Source: Hyphomicrobiales bacterium | GTDB taxonomy: Bacteria; Pseudomonadota; Alphaproteobacteria; Rhizobiales; CAJQND01 | Length of the DNA: 64,000 nt | Direction: 5' to 3' | Assembly (NCBI GenBank): GCA_965204985.1 | Contig: CBDBFP010000002.1 | Coordinates: 1,296,107-1,360,106, forward strand | In this document: positions 40,236 through 51,500 of the stretch, piece by piece | Position numbering within the stretch: position 1 is the first letter of the stretch | How the letters are laid out: every line of letters starts with the position of its first letter | Translations under genes and position numbers: made by a program | Notes under the pieces: generated by a model | Seen by the model: the letters and a program-made list of their open reading frames with translations, nothing else | What the model was told of the DNA's origin: nothing | Databases searched by the model: none

Positions 40236-41321
40236 TTAGAGCCCGTAAGCTTGTGCCAACTCCGGGTCCTTTTTTGCCACGAGATGCGCCAGATCGGCAA
40301 TCACTTTTGCTTGCTTCCAGGTGGCGTCATCCTGCATTTTGCCATTGATCATGACGGCGCCAGTGCCATCTGGCATGGCTTCAAGTATCCGCAGTGCAAA
40401 TTTAACCTCATCCACATCCGGGCTAAAGACTTGTTTTGCAATCGTAATTTGTGAAGGATGAAGTGACCACGCGCCAAGGCATCCTTGTAGGAAAGAGTTG
40501 CGGAACTGGGATTCGCATGCGGCCGGATCCGAGAAATCCCCGAACGGTCCGTAGAAGGCCTTGATGCCGTTGGCCTGGCAGGCATCCACCATTTTGGCCA
40601 CGGTATAGTGCCAGAGATCCTGTTGATAGAGCGAACGGGCTGCATCGTCCTCACCAGCATCCGCCAGAACCCCGTAGCCTGGATGGCCGCCACCGACGCG
40701 GGTTGTCTTCATACCGCGGGATGCAGCCAAGTCTGCCGGGCCGAGTGACATGCCGTGCATCCGGGGTGAGGCTGCGGCGATTTCTTCAACGTTTTTAACA
40801 CCTTGTGCGGTCTCTAGGATGGCATGAATTTGGATTGGCTGCGGGATTTCGTGTCGCGCTTCAAGCTGGGCGAGCAGCTGGTCCAGGTAATGGATGTCCC
40901 AGTCGCCTTCAACTTTCGGCAGCATGATGATGTCAAGCTTGTGACCGACCTGACTGACGATCTCGGTGATATCGTCCAGAACCCAGGGGGAATTCAGGCA
41001 GTTGATTCGCGTCCAGAGCCCCGTCTCGCCAAACTCATTGTCCTGCGCCATCTGGATAAACCCTTGACGTGCCTCTACTTTCTGGTCTGCGGGAATGGCA
41101 TCTTCCAGATTGCCGAGGACCACATCGACCGTCTCGATCAGGTCAGGAACTTTGTTCCGCATCTTCTCGATGTGGGGCGGTACGAAATGAATCATCCGCT
41201 CAAGTTTCACCGGCTGCTCACGCCAGGGAGCAGGTGCGCCAATGGCGAGCGGTTTGTAGAACTGCGAAGGGAGTTTCATGCCGGAGACCTGATTTTTCAG
41301 AAGGTTAGACTGCGCATCCAT
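40236..41321 (-). CDS. HpcH/HpaI-family acyl-CoA lyase, long Chloroflexus-type malyl-CoA/beta-methylmalyl-CoA/citramalyl-CoA lyase-like
   Basis: [11 protein letters not shown]...HFVPPH...[10 protein letters not shown]...[13 protein letters not shown]...[31 protein letters not shown]...[15 protein letters not shown]. An alternative start at 41279 ([11 protein letters not shown]) is possible. Confidence 0.7.
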   Translation of the reverse strand: MDAQSNLLKNQVSGMKLPSQFYKPLAIGAPAPWREQPVKLERMIHFVPPHIEKMRNKVPDLIETVDVVLGNLEDAIPADQKVEARQGFIQMAQDNEFGETGLWTRINCLNSPWVLDDITEIVSQVGHKLDIIMLPKVEGDWDIHYLDQLLAQLEARHEIPQPIQIHAILETAQGVKNVEEIAAASPRMHGMSLGPADLAASRGMKTTRVGGGHPGYGVLADAGEDDAARSLYQQDLWHYTVAKMVDACQANGIKAFYGPFGDFSDPAACESQFRNSFLQGCLGAWSLHPSQITIAKQVFSPDVDEVKFALRILEAMPDGTGAVMINGKMQDDATWKQAKVIADLAHLVAKKDPELAQAYGL

Positions 41322-41465
41322 AGACGCTCAAAACCTTCCACAACAGGTGCAGTTTTGTCGCGTTTTTTTCCGTTCGGTGCTACTACAGTCCGCGACCGTC
41401 CAGGTTTGTGCAATTGAGTCCCGTTTTGTCCCGAATTTTCCAGTTTTGTCCAAAGGCCTCCCACC

Positions 41466-42596
41466 ATGTCAGATAAGCAGCCCCTGAGCGGCATCAAGGT
41501 TCTTGATTTTTCCACGCTGTTGCCCGGACCGCTTGCCGGATTGATGCTGGCCGAAGCCGGTGCCGAGGTCATCAAGATCGAGCGGCCCGGAACCGGCGAG
41601 GACATGCGCCACTACGTACCCAAGTGGGGCCGCGATGCCGTGGGTTTTCATCTGTTGAACCGCGGCAAGAAATCGATCGCCATCAACCTCAAGGACCGCC
41701 AACAGCTCGCCCTCATGGAACCGCTGCTCCGCGAAGCCGATGTGATCCTGGAACAGTTCCGTCCCGGCGTCATGGACCGGCTCGGCCTGGGCTATGCGGC
41801 GATCAAGGCGATCAACCCGGGCATCATCTATTGCTCGGTCACCGGTTACGGGCAGACGGGGCCCAAGGTGGATGTGGCTGGTCATGATCTGAACTATGTG
41901 GGCGATGCGGGTCTGTTGGCGCTCAGCATGGGCGACCCGGTCAAGCCCAGCCTGCCCAACGTGCTTGCTGCAGATCTCGCCGGCGGCACATATCCGGCTG
42001 TGGTGAACATCCTCATGGCGCTTCTGGCTCGCGAGAAGACTGGGGAGGGGATCCATCTCGATATTGCCATGACGGACAACCTCTTCATGCTGATGACCTG
42101 GGCATTGGGGCAGGGCATCCTTGCCGGGGAGTGGCCGAAGCCTGGCGGCGAACGGCTCACCGGCGGTTCAGCCCGTTATCACATCTACCCGACCTCAGAC
42201 GGCCGCCATGTGGCCGCTGCTCCGCTGGAGGATCGATTCTGGGCTGTATTCTGCGAACTGATCGCCTTGCCGGAAGCCCTGAAGAACGATGAAGCCAATC
42301 CGGAAGCAACGCTGGACGCCTGCCGAACCATCATCGCCAGCAAATCGGCGGACGAATGGCGCCGCATCTTCTACGGCCACGACTGCTGCTGCTCCGTCGT
42401 GCAAAGCCTCGAAGAGGCACTGGCAGATCCAAACATCCAGGCGAGAGGCCTCTTCGAACATGCGCTGGCTAACGAAGAAGGCGACGAACTCCCCGCTGTC
42501 CCCGTAGCCATAGCCCCCCAATTTCGTTCCCCGGCCTCGGAGGTCCAACACGCACCTGCACTTGGGGCGAACAATGATGAGTATCTGGGGAGTTGA
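41466..42596 (+). CDS. family-III CoA-transferase (CaiB/BaiF; alpha-methylacyl-CoA racemase-like)
   Basis: LSGIKVLDFSTLLPGPLAG, NRGKKSIAINLK, EQFRPGVMDRLGLGY and AGHDLNYVG. Confidence 0.8.
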   Translation: MSDKQPLSGIKVLDFSTLLPGPLAGLMLAEAGAEVIKIERPGTGEDMRHYVPKWGRDAVGFHLLNRGKKSIAINLKDRQQLALMEPLLREADVILEQFRPGVMDRLGLGYAAIKAINPGIIYCSVTGYGQTGPKVDVAGHDLNYVGDAGLLALSMGDPVKPSLPNVLAADLAGGTYPAVVNILMALLAREKTGEGIHLDIAMTDNLFMLMTWALGQGILAGEWPKPGGERLTGGSARYHIYPTSDGRHVAAAPLEDRFWAVFCELIALPEALKNDEANPEATLDACRTIIASKSADEWRRIFYGHDCCCSVVQSLEEALADPNIQARGLFEHALANEEGDELPAVPVAIAPQFRSPASEVQHAPALGANNDEYLGS

Positions 42597-42759
42597 TTTA
42601 AGCTTCGGATTAGGAGGTGCTTGCCAGCGAACCTTGTACCAGCTTGAGCCTAGATTAACAGATACCGCGATGTTGGTGGCATCGCTGACTCTCCGCTCAA
42701 ACATCAACTGAACTTGCAAGATGCGCTACGCGCCGAAACCGGATCGCCAGTTTACATCA

Positions 42760-43616
42760 ATTGTCTCTCAGGCCTTTTCAACTCGGCTGCACTCTGGATC
42801 CATGCAGACAAAGGAGGATTTCCGATGTCTGCAGCTGTTGGCGGTCGTGATGACTATGATGCTTCGCCCCTTCGCGCGGCCTTTCCAGGACGAGCGAAAA
42901 TCTCCGTCAGGCCCAGCGTTTGCTTTCGCTTGCTTGTGTTTATGACGGGATGAGCCGGGCGGATGCGGCGAAGATGGGTGGAAGGGACCGGCAGATCCTG
43001 GGGGACCGGGGCACCGATTCAACGAAGCCGGGCCCGAAGGGCTGTTCGACCGCTGAGGTCCCGCGGCCCAGATGGCTGAACTTGCTGAGATCATCGAAAC
43101 CGGCCCCTGCCTTGAGCATGACGCTTGAGCATGACGCTTGAGCATGACGGGGGGTCCGCTGGAGACGACTTGATCTTCAACGGGGGATCGAAGACCGGTT
43201 CGGTGTTGTCTCTCACGAGAGGACCCTTTCCAGGCTGCTTGCAGCGTCCGGCTTTTCCCGTCTCACCGGGCGCCCGCAACACCCGGCCCAAGCCCCGGGC
43301 CTCATGGAGGCTTTCAAAAAAACGTCCCCCAAAGCCTTGCCTCCCCTTTGACCCACGGTCCGGCAGACAAGCCGATCGAGGTCTGGGTTCAGGACGAGGT
43401 CCGCATCCGGGCGCGCAAGGGGACGAGACCGCGATGACCAGCCGATCAGCGTTACAAATCGGCCTGCCTGTCCGGCGCGGTTTGCGCAGACAGGGAGACC
43501 GGCGCGGCTCTGATGGTGCCATGGGGGCGGACACTGGAACAAGGAACCTGCCTCTCAAGGAGATCAGCCGGACCGTTGCAAAAGGCGCTCAGGCCGCCGT
43601 CCTGATGGACCGTGCG
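42760..43616 (+). mobile_element. IS630-family element, degenerate and 3'-truncated
   Basis: Left end nearly identical to 21455. Pieces LACVYDGMSRADAAKMGGRDRQ..., EAFKKTSPKALPPL and IRARKGTRPR...QRYKSACL. Similarity to copy A stops at about 43616. Confidence 0.7.
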
Positions 43617-43750
43617 CTGGTTTCTGTGCCGATTGCATCGGCCTGCTCCAGCACGAGCACGTCGCGTCCGGTCTGGGCGAGCGCCCGGGCGCAGGCCAAT
43701 CCGACCACTCCGGCGCCGACGATAACCGTTTCGATATGGACTTCATCCAT
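43617..43750 (-). pseudogene. FAD-dependent oxidoreductase, N-terminal about 45 codons only (truncated by IS630)
   Basis: [47 protein letters not shown], then runs into IS sequence. Confidence 0.65.
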
Positions 43751-43904
43751 GGTTCTGCACGCTTCTGGAAATTTCCGGAATAGTCCGGAAGAGGCCGGAC
43801 ATAACTGTACATAACAGGACGCCTTTGCACACGTAACCGGACAATTCGGCACGAATCCGTAACGCGCCTTGCGCTTTGCACTCGCGCCCGTTAAAGCCCG
43901 CCCC

Positions 43905-45716
43905 ATGGCTCCACCACTTCTCCATTTGCAGGGCATTCACCTGACCTTCGGCGGCACGGGTCTGCTCGACGGGGCAGAGCTGATGCTGGGCGCGGGCGAT
44001 CGGTTGTGTCTTATCGGGCGTAACGGATCGGGGAAGTCTACGCTGCTCAAGATCGCCGCCGGTATAGTGGAATCGGATGCCGGGTCGGTGTTCCTGCAAC
44101 CGGGCACCACCATTCGCTATCTGCCGCAAGAGCCAGACTTTTCTGGATTTTCGACGGTCCTGGAATATGTGGCAGCCGGTCTTACAGATGGAGATGCCGG
44201 CCATCGCCCGCCCTGTTTGCTCGGCGAGTTGGGTGTTGATACTGGGGGCGATCCCTCCATCTTGTCCGGCGGCGAGGCCCGCCGGGCCGCGCTGGCCCGA
44301 GTGCTGGCGCCGGAACCGGATATCCTGTTGCTTGACGAGCCCACCAACCACCTGGACTTGCCCGCCATCGAATGGCTGGAACGCGAACTCAAATCCATGC
44401 GCTCTGCCATGGTGCTCATCAGCCATGACCGCCGCTTTCTGGAAAATCTATCCAAATCAACGATTTGGCTCGATCGTGGTAAGACCCGTCAAGTGGATCG
44501 CGGCTTCTCCCAGTTCGAAGCCTGGCGCGACAAGCTGCTGGAGGAAGAGGAGCTGGAGGCCCACAAGCTTGGCCGCAAGATCGCGATGGAAGAGAACTGG
44601 CTGCGCTACGGCGTCACCGCCCGGCGGAAGCGCAACGTCAAGCGGTTGGCCAATCTGCATGCGTTGCGCGCCGAGCGCGTTGAGCGGAAATCGTCCAATG
44701 TCCGGGCGCGCGAAACCGTCAATATGGCCGCTGCCAAGGGCGAGGGCTCCGGCAAACGCGTCGCGGAACTAACAGGAATCTCAAAGAGTTATGGCGATCT
44801 GAAAATCGTTGAAGACTTTTCGACCAAGATCAATCGCGGCGACCGGGTCGGGATCGTTGGTCCAAACGGAGCAGGCAAGACCACCTTGCTGAGGCTCATC
44901 CTGGGCCAGCTCGAGCCTGATGCCGGCGACGTCCGCCTCGGCACCAATCTGCAGATCCTGACCATGGATCAGCGCCGCGAGAGCCTCGACCCGGAGATGA
45001 CCCTGAAGGACGCCCTGACTGGAGGTGGCCGCGATATGCTCCATGTGGGCGGCCAGCAGAAGCATGTCATTGCCTACATGAAGGATTTCCTGTTCTTGCC
45101 CGAACAGGCCCGCACGCCTGTCAACAGATTGTCCGGTGGTGAACGGGGCCGGCTCATGCTGGCACGCGCCCTGGCAAGGCCATCCAATCTGATGGTCCTG
45201 GATGAGCCGACCAACGATTTGGATCTGGAAACCCTTGATCTGCTTCAGGAAATGCTGGCCGATTATGACAGTACGCTCATCCTGGTGAGCCACGACCGTG
45301 ATTTCCTTGACCGTGTGGTGGCGAGCACGATTGCGTCCGAAGGCAATGGCAAATGGGTCGAATATGCAGGCGGCTATTCGGACATGCAATCCCAGCGCCG
45401 CGCCCCGGAAATTCAGCAAAAGCTGGTGGAAAAGGCCGCAAAATCAACACCTTCAATCAATACGCCAGCTGAACGAAAACGCAAACTGTCGTTCAAGGAA
45501 AAGCATGCGCTCAAAACTCTCCCCGGCGAAATGGAGAAGCTTCAAGCGGCCATTGCTGCACATAAACAGTCCTTAAGTGACCCAAACCTATTCACGAGGG
45601 ATCCAGAAAAGTTTCAAAAGACCGCCGACGCGCTGGCCAAAGCCGAAGCCGACCTGGAGGCGGACGAAGAGCGCTGGCTTGAGTTGGAGGTGCTCAAGGA
45701 AGAACTTGAAGCTTAG
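43905..45716 (+). CDS. ABC-F family ATPase (Uup-like, two ABC domains plus C-terminal coiled coil)
   Basis: Two Walker A motifs ([18 protein letters not shown]) and two signatures ([16 protein letters not shown]). No TM domain. Confidence 0.85.
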   Translation: MAPPLLHLQGIHLTFGGTGLLDGAELMLGAGDRLCLIGRNGSGKSTLLKIAAGIVESDAGSVFLQPGTTIRYLPQEPDFSGFSTVLEYVAAGLTDGDAGHRPPCLLGELGVDTGGDPSILSGGEARRAALARVLAPEPDILLLDEPTNHLDLPAIEWLERELKSMRSAMVLISHDRRFLENLSKSTIWLDRGKTRQVDRGFSQFEAWRDKLLEEEELEAHKLGRKIAMEENWLRYGVTARRKRNVKRLANLHALRAERVERKSSNVRARETVNMAAAKGEGSGKRVAELTGISKSYGDLKIVEDFSTKINRGDRVGIVGPNGAGKTTLLRLILGQLEPDAGDVRLGTNLQILTMDQRRESLDPEMTLKDALTGGGRDMLHVGGQQKHVIAYMKDFLFLPEQARTPVNRLSGGERGRLMLARALARPSNLMVLDEPTNDLDLETLDLLQEMLADYDSTLILVSHDRDFLDRVVASTIASEGNGKWVEYAGGYSDMQSQRRAPEIQQKLVEKAAKSTPSINTPAERKRKLSFKEKHALKTLPGEMEKLQAAIAAHKQSLSDPNLFTRDPEKFQKTADALAKAEADLEADEERWLELEVLKEELEA

Positions 45717-46216
45717 CCCAGGCAGCCTTTTGTACAACCTTTGCCGCAACTTCTTCGAGTGTCGCCATCAATCTGTTGGACTCGGAAATCGTTCCAGCCA
45801 GCTCCAGCCCATAGCACGTAACAAGATACCCCCGCCGGGCTGTCGTTGCTCCCAGGCGCTCTTTGGTTTTCTTTCTCAGAATCAGACTTTTTTCCTGGAC
45901 AAGAATCTCCCACGTTCTGAGATCATGAAAAGGCCTCGAAGTTCTTCCGGCGGGTGCCCGTTCAGGCGCAAGAAAGCACTGAGGTACAGTTCAATGGCAT
46001 GGATAGCAGTGAGATGGAAAGGCGCGCGAGAGACGGGGGCGCGCCCGCTTTGGCAAGACTTTGTGCGAGTTCGGCTGCTCTTTTGTATTGCTTCGCCAGA
46101 TGCAGGATGTCCTCCAGGCGAACACCTGTTGCCCGGATAATCGTCTGCGCCTTGAGATTCCATAAGGTGCTCCAATCAATGGTGCCGCCCCTCGCCAAGT
46201 TAACTTGGGCGTTCAA
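45713..46216 (-). pseudogene. hypothetical about 170-aa ORF split over three frames
   Basis: Pieces IDWSTLWNLKAQTIIRATGVRLEDILHLAKQYKRAAELAQSLAKAG / FHLTAIHAIELYLSAFLRLNGHPPEELRGL / HDLRTWEILVQEKSLILRKKTKERLG...[14 protein letters not shown] read as one protein with two shifts. Confidence 0.35.
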
Positions 46217-46339
46217 ACTCTCAATAATTTAGAACGTCGAATAAGAAAACGATTTCCGGCTAATATTGCCCATCAATTCATTGACGGTTTCTATTTCCGG
46301 TTGACCGCGTCTTCCAGACGTGAAAAATGTCACAAAAGC

Positions 46340-46522
46340 GGTTCTCCAGACTCGAGCTGAGGATGGAGACGAAATAGGGAACACGGTTCGGCGTACCCAT
46401 CAGGGACCAAATCCGTGGCTGCCCCCGCAACTGTGAGCGGTTAGATTTGCGCAAGATGCGTCACTGGGAAACCGGGAAGACCAGCGTAAAGTCAACGATC
46501 CGCAAGCCAGGAGACCTGCCGC
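46340..46522 (+). promoter_or_regulatory. cobalamin (B12) riboswitch
   Basis: Conserved elements AATAGGGAACACGGT, CCAAATCCGTGGCTGCCCCCGCAACTGTGAGCGG, GTCACTGGGAA...GGGAAGACC and the B12 box AGCCAGGAGACCTGCC. Located upstream of cbtB. Confidence 0.85.
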
Positions 46523-46588
46523 TTAGCATGGGTTCGCACGAAGGCGAAGTGAGGACCCACCAACTCTGGGACCTACACGGAGGGTGTC

Positions 46589-46771
46589 ATGGCCAAAGTA
46601 AGATCTTCTATTGTTCTTCAGAGCTTCAGCGTTCAGGAACGTCTCGCAACCAGCACAATTGCCCTGCTTCTCGGTACATTTCTGCTGATGGGCGTTGGTT
46701 TTGTCGGCTCGTCGATCATGCACAATGCGGCGCACGACACGCGTCATGCATTGACTTTCCCCTGCCACTAG
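46589..46771 (+). CDS. cbtB: cobalt transporter subunit CbtB
   Basis: 60 aa, one TM helix. C-terminal HNAAHDTRHALTFPCH. GGAGGG is the RBS. Confidence 0.8.
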   Translation: MAKVRSSIVLQSFSVQERLATSTIALLLGTFLLMGVGFVGSSIMHNAAHDTRHALTFPCH

Positions 46772-46798
46772 GCGTTTCTCAAAAGAGAGGGTACCCGG

Positions 46799-47524
46799 AT
46801 GATTATGCGGGTTTTACTCGCTGCGCTCCTCGCAGGGATCGCTGCAGCGCTTGTCATGTCGGCCGTCCAGCACTGGAAGGTGACACCACTCATTATTGCC
46901 GCTGAGCAGTTTGAAGGCAGCGCTGGTCATGATCACGGAAATCATGGCGCGGAAAAGAAGACCGGGGAAAAAATCGAATCTTCGGGTGGCCATGATCATG
47001 GCAGCCACGAGCATTGGGCGCCCGAGGGCGGTTTTCAACGCACGCTCTTCACTGTGATCTCAAACATGCTTGCCGGTGTAGCGTTTTCGCTGGTGCTGGC
47101 GGGGGTTATGATTTTCGCGGGGTTTGGAACGGCACCTGGAACGGGCGTCGTTCTCGGTTTCCTTGGCTTCGTGACGTTTTCGCTCGCTCCTGCAGTAGGC
47201 TTGTCACCGGCATTACCGGGCATGCCGGCAGGCGACCTCGGCGCGAGGCAGATATGGTGGTGGGCGGCTGTGATCGCGACAGGGGCCGGCATGGCCTGCA
47301 TCGCTTTGCTGGAAAACGTGGCGTTCAAGGCACTGGGCGTGGTAATTGCCGCACTCCCCCACATTGCTGGTGCACCGCACCCTTCAGAAACCGCAAGCGC
47401 TGTGCCCGCAGTGCTGGCCGCGCAGTTTGCGGCGAACTCACTTGCAACAGCCGCGCTGTTCTGGGTGGTGCTAGGTGTTTGCCTGTGCTGGTGTCTCAAC
47501 TGGCAGAAAGTTGAAACGGAGTAG
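46799..47524 (+). CDS. cbtA: cobalt transporter subunit CbtA
   Basis: 241 aa, multi-TM, with a His-rich loop (GHDHGNHG...GGHDHGSHEH). Sits between cbtB and cobW. Confidence 0.8.
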   Translation: MIMRVLLAALLAGIAAALVMSAVQHWKVTPLIIAAEQFEGSAGHDHGNHGAEKKTGEKIESSGGHDHGSHEHWAPEGGFQRTLFTVISNMLAGVAFSLVLAGVMIFAGFGTAPGTGVVLGFLGFVTFSLAPAVGLSPALPGMPAGDLGARQIWWWAAVIATGAGMACIALLENVAFKALGVVIAALPHIAGAPHPSETASAVPAVLAAQFAANSLATAALFWVVLGVCLCWCLNWQKVETE

Positions 47525-47530
47525 ATCCTC

Positions 47531-48580
47531 ATGGCTCTTGGACAAGAGAAAATCCCCGCAACGGTGATCACAGGATTCCTGGGGGCCGGCAAGACAACGG
47601 TCATCCGTAACCTGCTGGAAAAGGCCAAGGGCAAACGCATTGCCCTGATCATCAACGAATTTGGTGATGTGGGCGTGGATGGGGAAGTGCTCAAAGGCTG
47701 CGGAGATGAGACCTGCCGCGAAGAGGACGTGGTTGAGCTGGCAAATGGCTGCATCTGCTGCACGGTGGCGGACGATTTCGTGCCCACCATGAACAAGTTG
47801 CTCGACCGGTCCGACCCTCCTGATCACATCGTCATTGAAACCTCAGGTCTGGCGCTTCCGCAGCCGCTTGTCCGCGCCTTCAATTGGCCGGAGATTCGCT
47901 CGCGCGTAACCGTGGACGGCGTGGTGACGGTTGTGGATTCTGCAGCCGTGTCCGAGGGACGGTTTGCGGCCGATGAAGCTGCGGTTCAGGAACAGCGCGA
48001 AGCCGATGAAACGCTGGATCACGAGAGCCCCCTGGAAGAGCTGTTTGAAGACCAGCTTGCCTGCGCGGACATGATCTTGCTCAACAAGGCGGATCTCATG
48101 GCGGCGGACGGTCTTGCAGGCGTCGAGGCCAGCCTCAAAAAGGAAGTGCGCGATGGGGTGCAGTTCATTCGCACGAGCAACGGCACAATTGATCCCACCG
48201 TTTTGCTCGGTATGTCTTCCGCCTCGGAAGACGATATGGACAACCGCAAATCTCACCATGAAATCTGTCATGAAGGTGAGGACGATCACGACCATGATGA
48301 CTTCGACAGTTTTGTCCTTTCCATGGGAAGCATCGCCGATAAGGAGGCTTTGCAGGCACGGCTTGTGGATGTGATCAAGGCGCATGATATTCTTCGCCTC
48401 AAGGGCTTCATGGATGTTGAAGGCGCCGCAGCGCGTTACGTTGTCCAGGCAGTTGGTCCGCGCATCAATGGATATTTCGACCGTCCATGGGTTCCGGGCG
48501 AAGAGCGCAAATCAGCACTCGTTGTGATTGGGCAGCGCGGATTTGATGAGGCCGCAATCAGCAGCGCCATCCTTGCCTGA
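47531..48580 (+). CDS. cobW: cobalamin biosynthesis GTPase CobW (G3E/COG0523)
   Basis: GFLGAGKTT, NGCICCTV and a His/Asp-rich stretch HHEICHEGEDDHDHDDFD. Confidence 0.9.
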   Translation: MALGQEKIPATVITGFLGAGKTTVIRNLLEKAKGKRIALIINEFGDVGVDGEVLKGCGDETCREEDVVELANGCICCTVADDFVPTMNKLLDRSDPPDHIVIETSGLALPQPLVRAFNWPEIRSRVTVDGVVTVVDSAAVSEGRFAADEAAVQEQREADETLDHESPLEELFEDQLACADMILLNKADLMAADGLAGVEASLKKEVRDGVQFIRTSNGTIDPTVLLGMSSASEDDMDNRKSHHEICHEGEDDHDHDDFDSFVLSMGSIADKEALQARLVDVIKAHDILRLKGFMDVEGAAARYVVQAVGPRINGYFDRPWVPGEERKSALVVIGQRGFDEAAISSAILA

Positions 48581-51500
48581 TGCATTTGCTCGCCACCCAG
48601 TCCGGCGTGATCGACGATGGCAGCGAAGCCATCGATCTTGGTCAATCGCCGGGCGATGTGACGGTCATTTCGGCGGCAGATTCCGAACTCGCGGCTTTGG
48701 CCCGGGCGCATGATGCGCTGGGCAATGATGGACCGTCCTTGCGTCTGGCAAACCAGATGCAACTGCAGCACAACATGTCGGTGGATGTTTACCTGGAGCA
48801 GACGTTGGCGGGCGCCAAGCTCGTTGTTCTGCGGCTCCTCGGCGGTAAAGCCTATTGGAGTTATGGACTGGAACAGACGCTTGAAGCGGCCCGAGAGCGC
48901 GGCTTCAGGCTTGCCGTGCTCCCAGGCGACGGACAGCCCGACCCCGAATTGATCGCAAATTCAAACCTGCCGGAAGAGCAGGTTGTGAGGCTCTGGCGGT
49001 ACCTGACCGAAGGTGGCCCGCGAAATATTTCCAATTTTCTGGGCTATTGCGCTCACCTGCTTGAGGGCGCAACCGAACCTGATCCGCCTCTGCCGCTGCT
49101 CAAATCCGGCCTCTATTGGCCGGGCATCGAAACACCATCCTTGGACGACCTTGGCAAAGACTGGGTCGAAGACGCGCCAGTGGCGGCGATCACGTTCTAT
49201 CGGGCGCTCATCGAAGGCGGGAACACCGCGCCTGTTGATGCCTTGATCAACGCCTTTCGGGCGCGCAGAATAAACGCCTTGCCGATCTTTGTGGCCAGTT
49301 TGAAAGATTCCGTCTCGGCGGCGACCATCCGCGAACTGTTCGCACAGGCAACGCCTTCGGTCATTCTGAACGCAACGGGTTTCGCCGTTGCGGCTTACAA
49401 CGCCACCGATGAAGGCAATCCTTTGAGTTCGGTGGATTGCCCGGTGTTGCAGGTGGTTTTCTCCGGATCTGGGCGGGATGCCTGGGAGAAGAATACCCAA
49501 GGCCTGTCGGCCCGCGATCTGGCCATGAATGTTGTTCTGCCGGAGCTGGACGGGCGCGTGCTGACGCGCGCTGTGTCCTTTAAGTCCAACGCGGAACGCC
49601 ATGCGGCGACGGAATGCAATCTGGTGACCTATGCGCCGGAAGCTGACCGCATTGCCTTCACCACAAGCCTGGCCGCCAATTGGGTGCGTGTGAACCAGGC
49701 ACCTGCGGCAGAGCGCAAGGTTGCAATTGTTCTGGCGAATTACCCCAATCGAGATGGGCGGATTGGCAACGGGGTTGGCTATGACACTCCACAAAGCACT
49801 GTAAAACTCCTGCAGGCTTTGGCGGAAACCGGGTACGAGGTCTCGGGAAGCCCGTCAGATGGAATGGCGTTGATAGAATTGCTTCTGTCCGGAGCCACAA
49901 ACAATCCGGGCGATGAGCGGTCCAGTGAGATCAATTTACCGCTGGCCCAATATTTGGATCATTACGCAAAACTGCCCGCGACGGTACGGGCTGAGATTGA
50001 GGAGCGTTGGGGAACGCCTCAGGAAGACCCGTTTGTGCGCGATGGTGCCTTTCAGCTCGGCATCAAGCTCTTTGGCAATATAGCCGTCGGTATCCAGCCC
50101 GCCCGGGGTTACAACATCGATCCAAAGGACACCTACCACGATCCGGCACTGGTGCCGCCCCATGGCTACCTCGCCTTTTACATGTGGCTCCGTGAGGTGT
50201 TCGGCGCCCATGCTGTCGTCCACAATGGCAAGCACGGCAATCTGGAATGGCTGCCCGGCAAGGCCCTGGCCTTGAGTAAAGAGTGCTATCCCGAAGCTGT
50301 GCTTGGGCCGCTGCCGAATATCTATCCTTTCATCGTCAACGATCCGGGCGAGGGCACGCAAGCCAAACGTCGCACGTCGGCCGTGATCATCGATCACCTC
50401 ACACCACCGCTCACAAGGGCGGAGACCTATGGTCCGCTCAAGGATCTGGAGGCGCTGATCGATGAATTCTATCTTGCCTCCGGCCTCGACCAGCGCCGGG
50501 TGGACATGCTGCGCGAGCATATTCTTGATCTCACCCGCTCCACCGGCCTGGACGAAGATGCAGGCGTCAAGGGTTTGGAGGATGAAGAAGCCCTGCAGCA
50601 GATCGACAATTACATTTGCGAACTGAAAGAGGCGCAGATCCGCGACGGCCTGCACATTCTGGGGGAAAGCCCGGTGGGCCGATTGCAGACGGATCTGCTG
50701 GTCGCATTGGCGCGTGTTCCAAGGAATCTGGGCGAGGAGGGTGACGCTTCTCTCATCCGTGCTCTGGCGAAGGATCTGGGGTTCAGCGGGTTTGATCCGC
50801 TCGATTGCCAGATGGGCGAACCGTGGACCCTCGCGAAACCCGCAGCGCTTGCAAATCTCACGGCTGACACCTGGCGCACGAAGGGTGATACGGTTGAGCG
50901 CCTTGAGATGCTGGCCGCCGGCCTCGTCTCGGGCGAGCTGGACTGCGAGGATTCGTGGAGCGCTACACGCGAGGTTATGAACGCGATACGTGACGACATT
51001 CGGCCGGCGCTGGAAGCTTGCGGCCCCAACGAAACCGGGTCGATGCTTGCCGCGCTGGATGGGCGCTTCGTTCGGCCCGGCCCATCAGGGGCGCCCACAC
51101 GAGGACGGCTGGATGTCCTGCCCACCGGCAAGAATTTCTACTCCGTCGACAATCGCACCGTGCCAACCCCGGCAGCTTGGACGCTCGGTGAAAAGTCCGC
51201 CGCCTTGCTGGTTGAACGTTTCCTGCAGGACAATGGAAGCTGGCCGAAGGCCATGGGTCTTTCGGCCTGGGGCACGTCCAACATGCGCACCGGCGGTGAT
51301 GACATTGCCCTGGCCCTGGCGCTGGTCGGTGCAAAGCCAAGATGGGATCACTCCAACTGGCGCGTGACCGGCTTTGAGATCATCCCCTTGCCAAAACTTG
51401 GCTGCCCGCGCGTCGACGTCACGCTTCGTGTGTCTGGTTTCTTCAGGGACGCTTTCCCGTCTCAGATTGATCTGTTCGATAGCGCCGTGCGTGCGATTGG

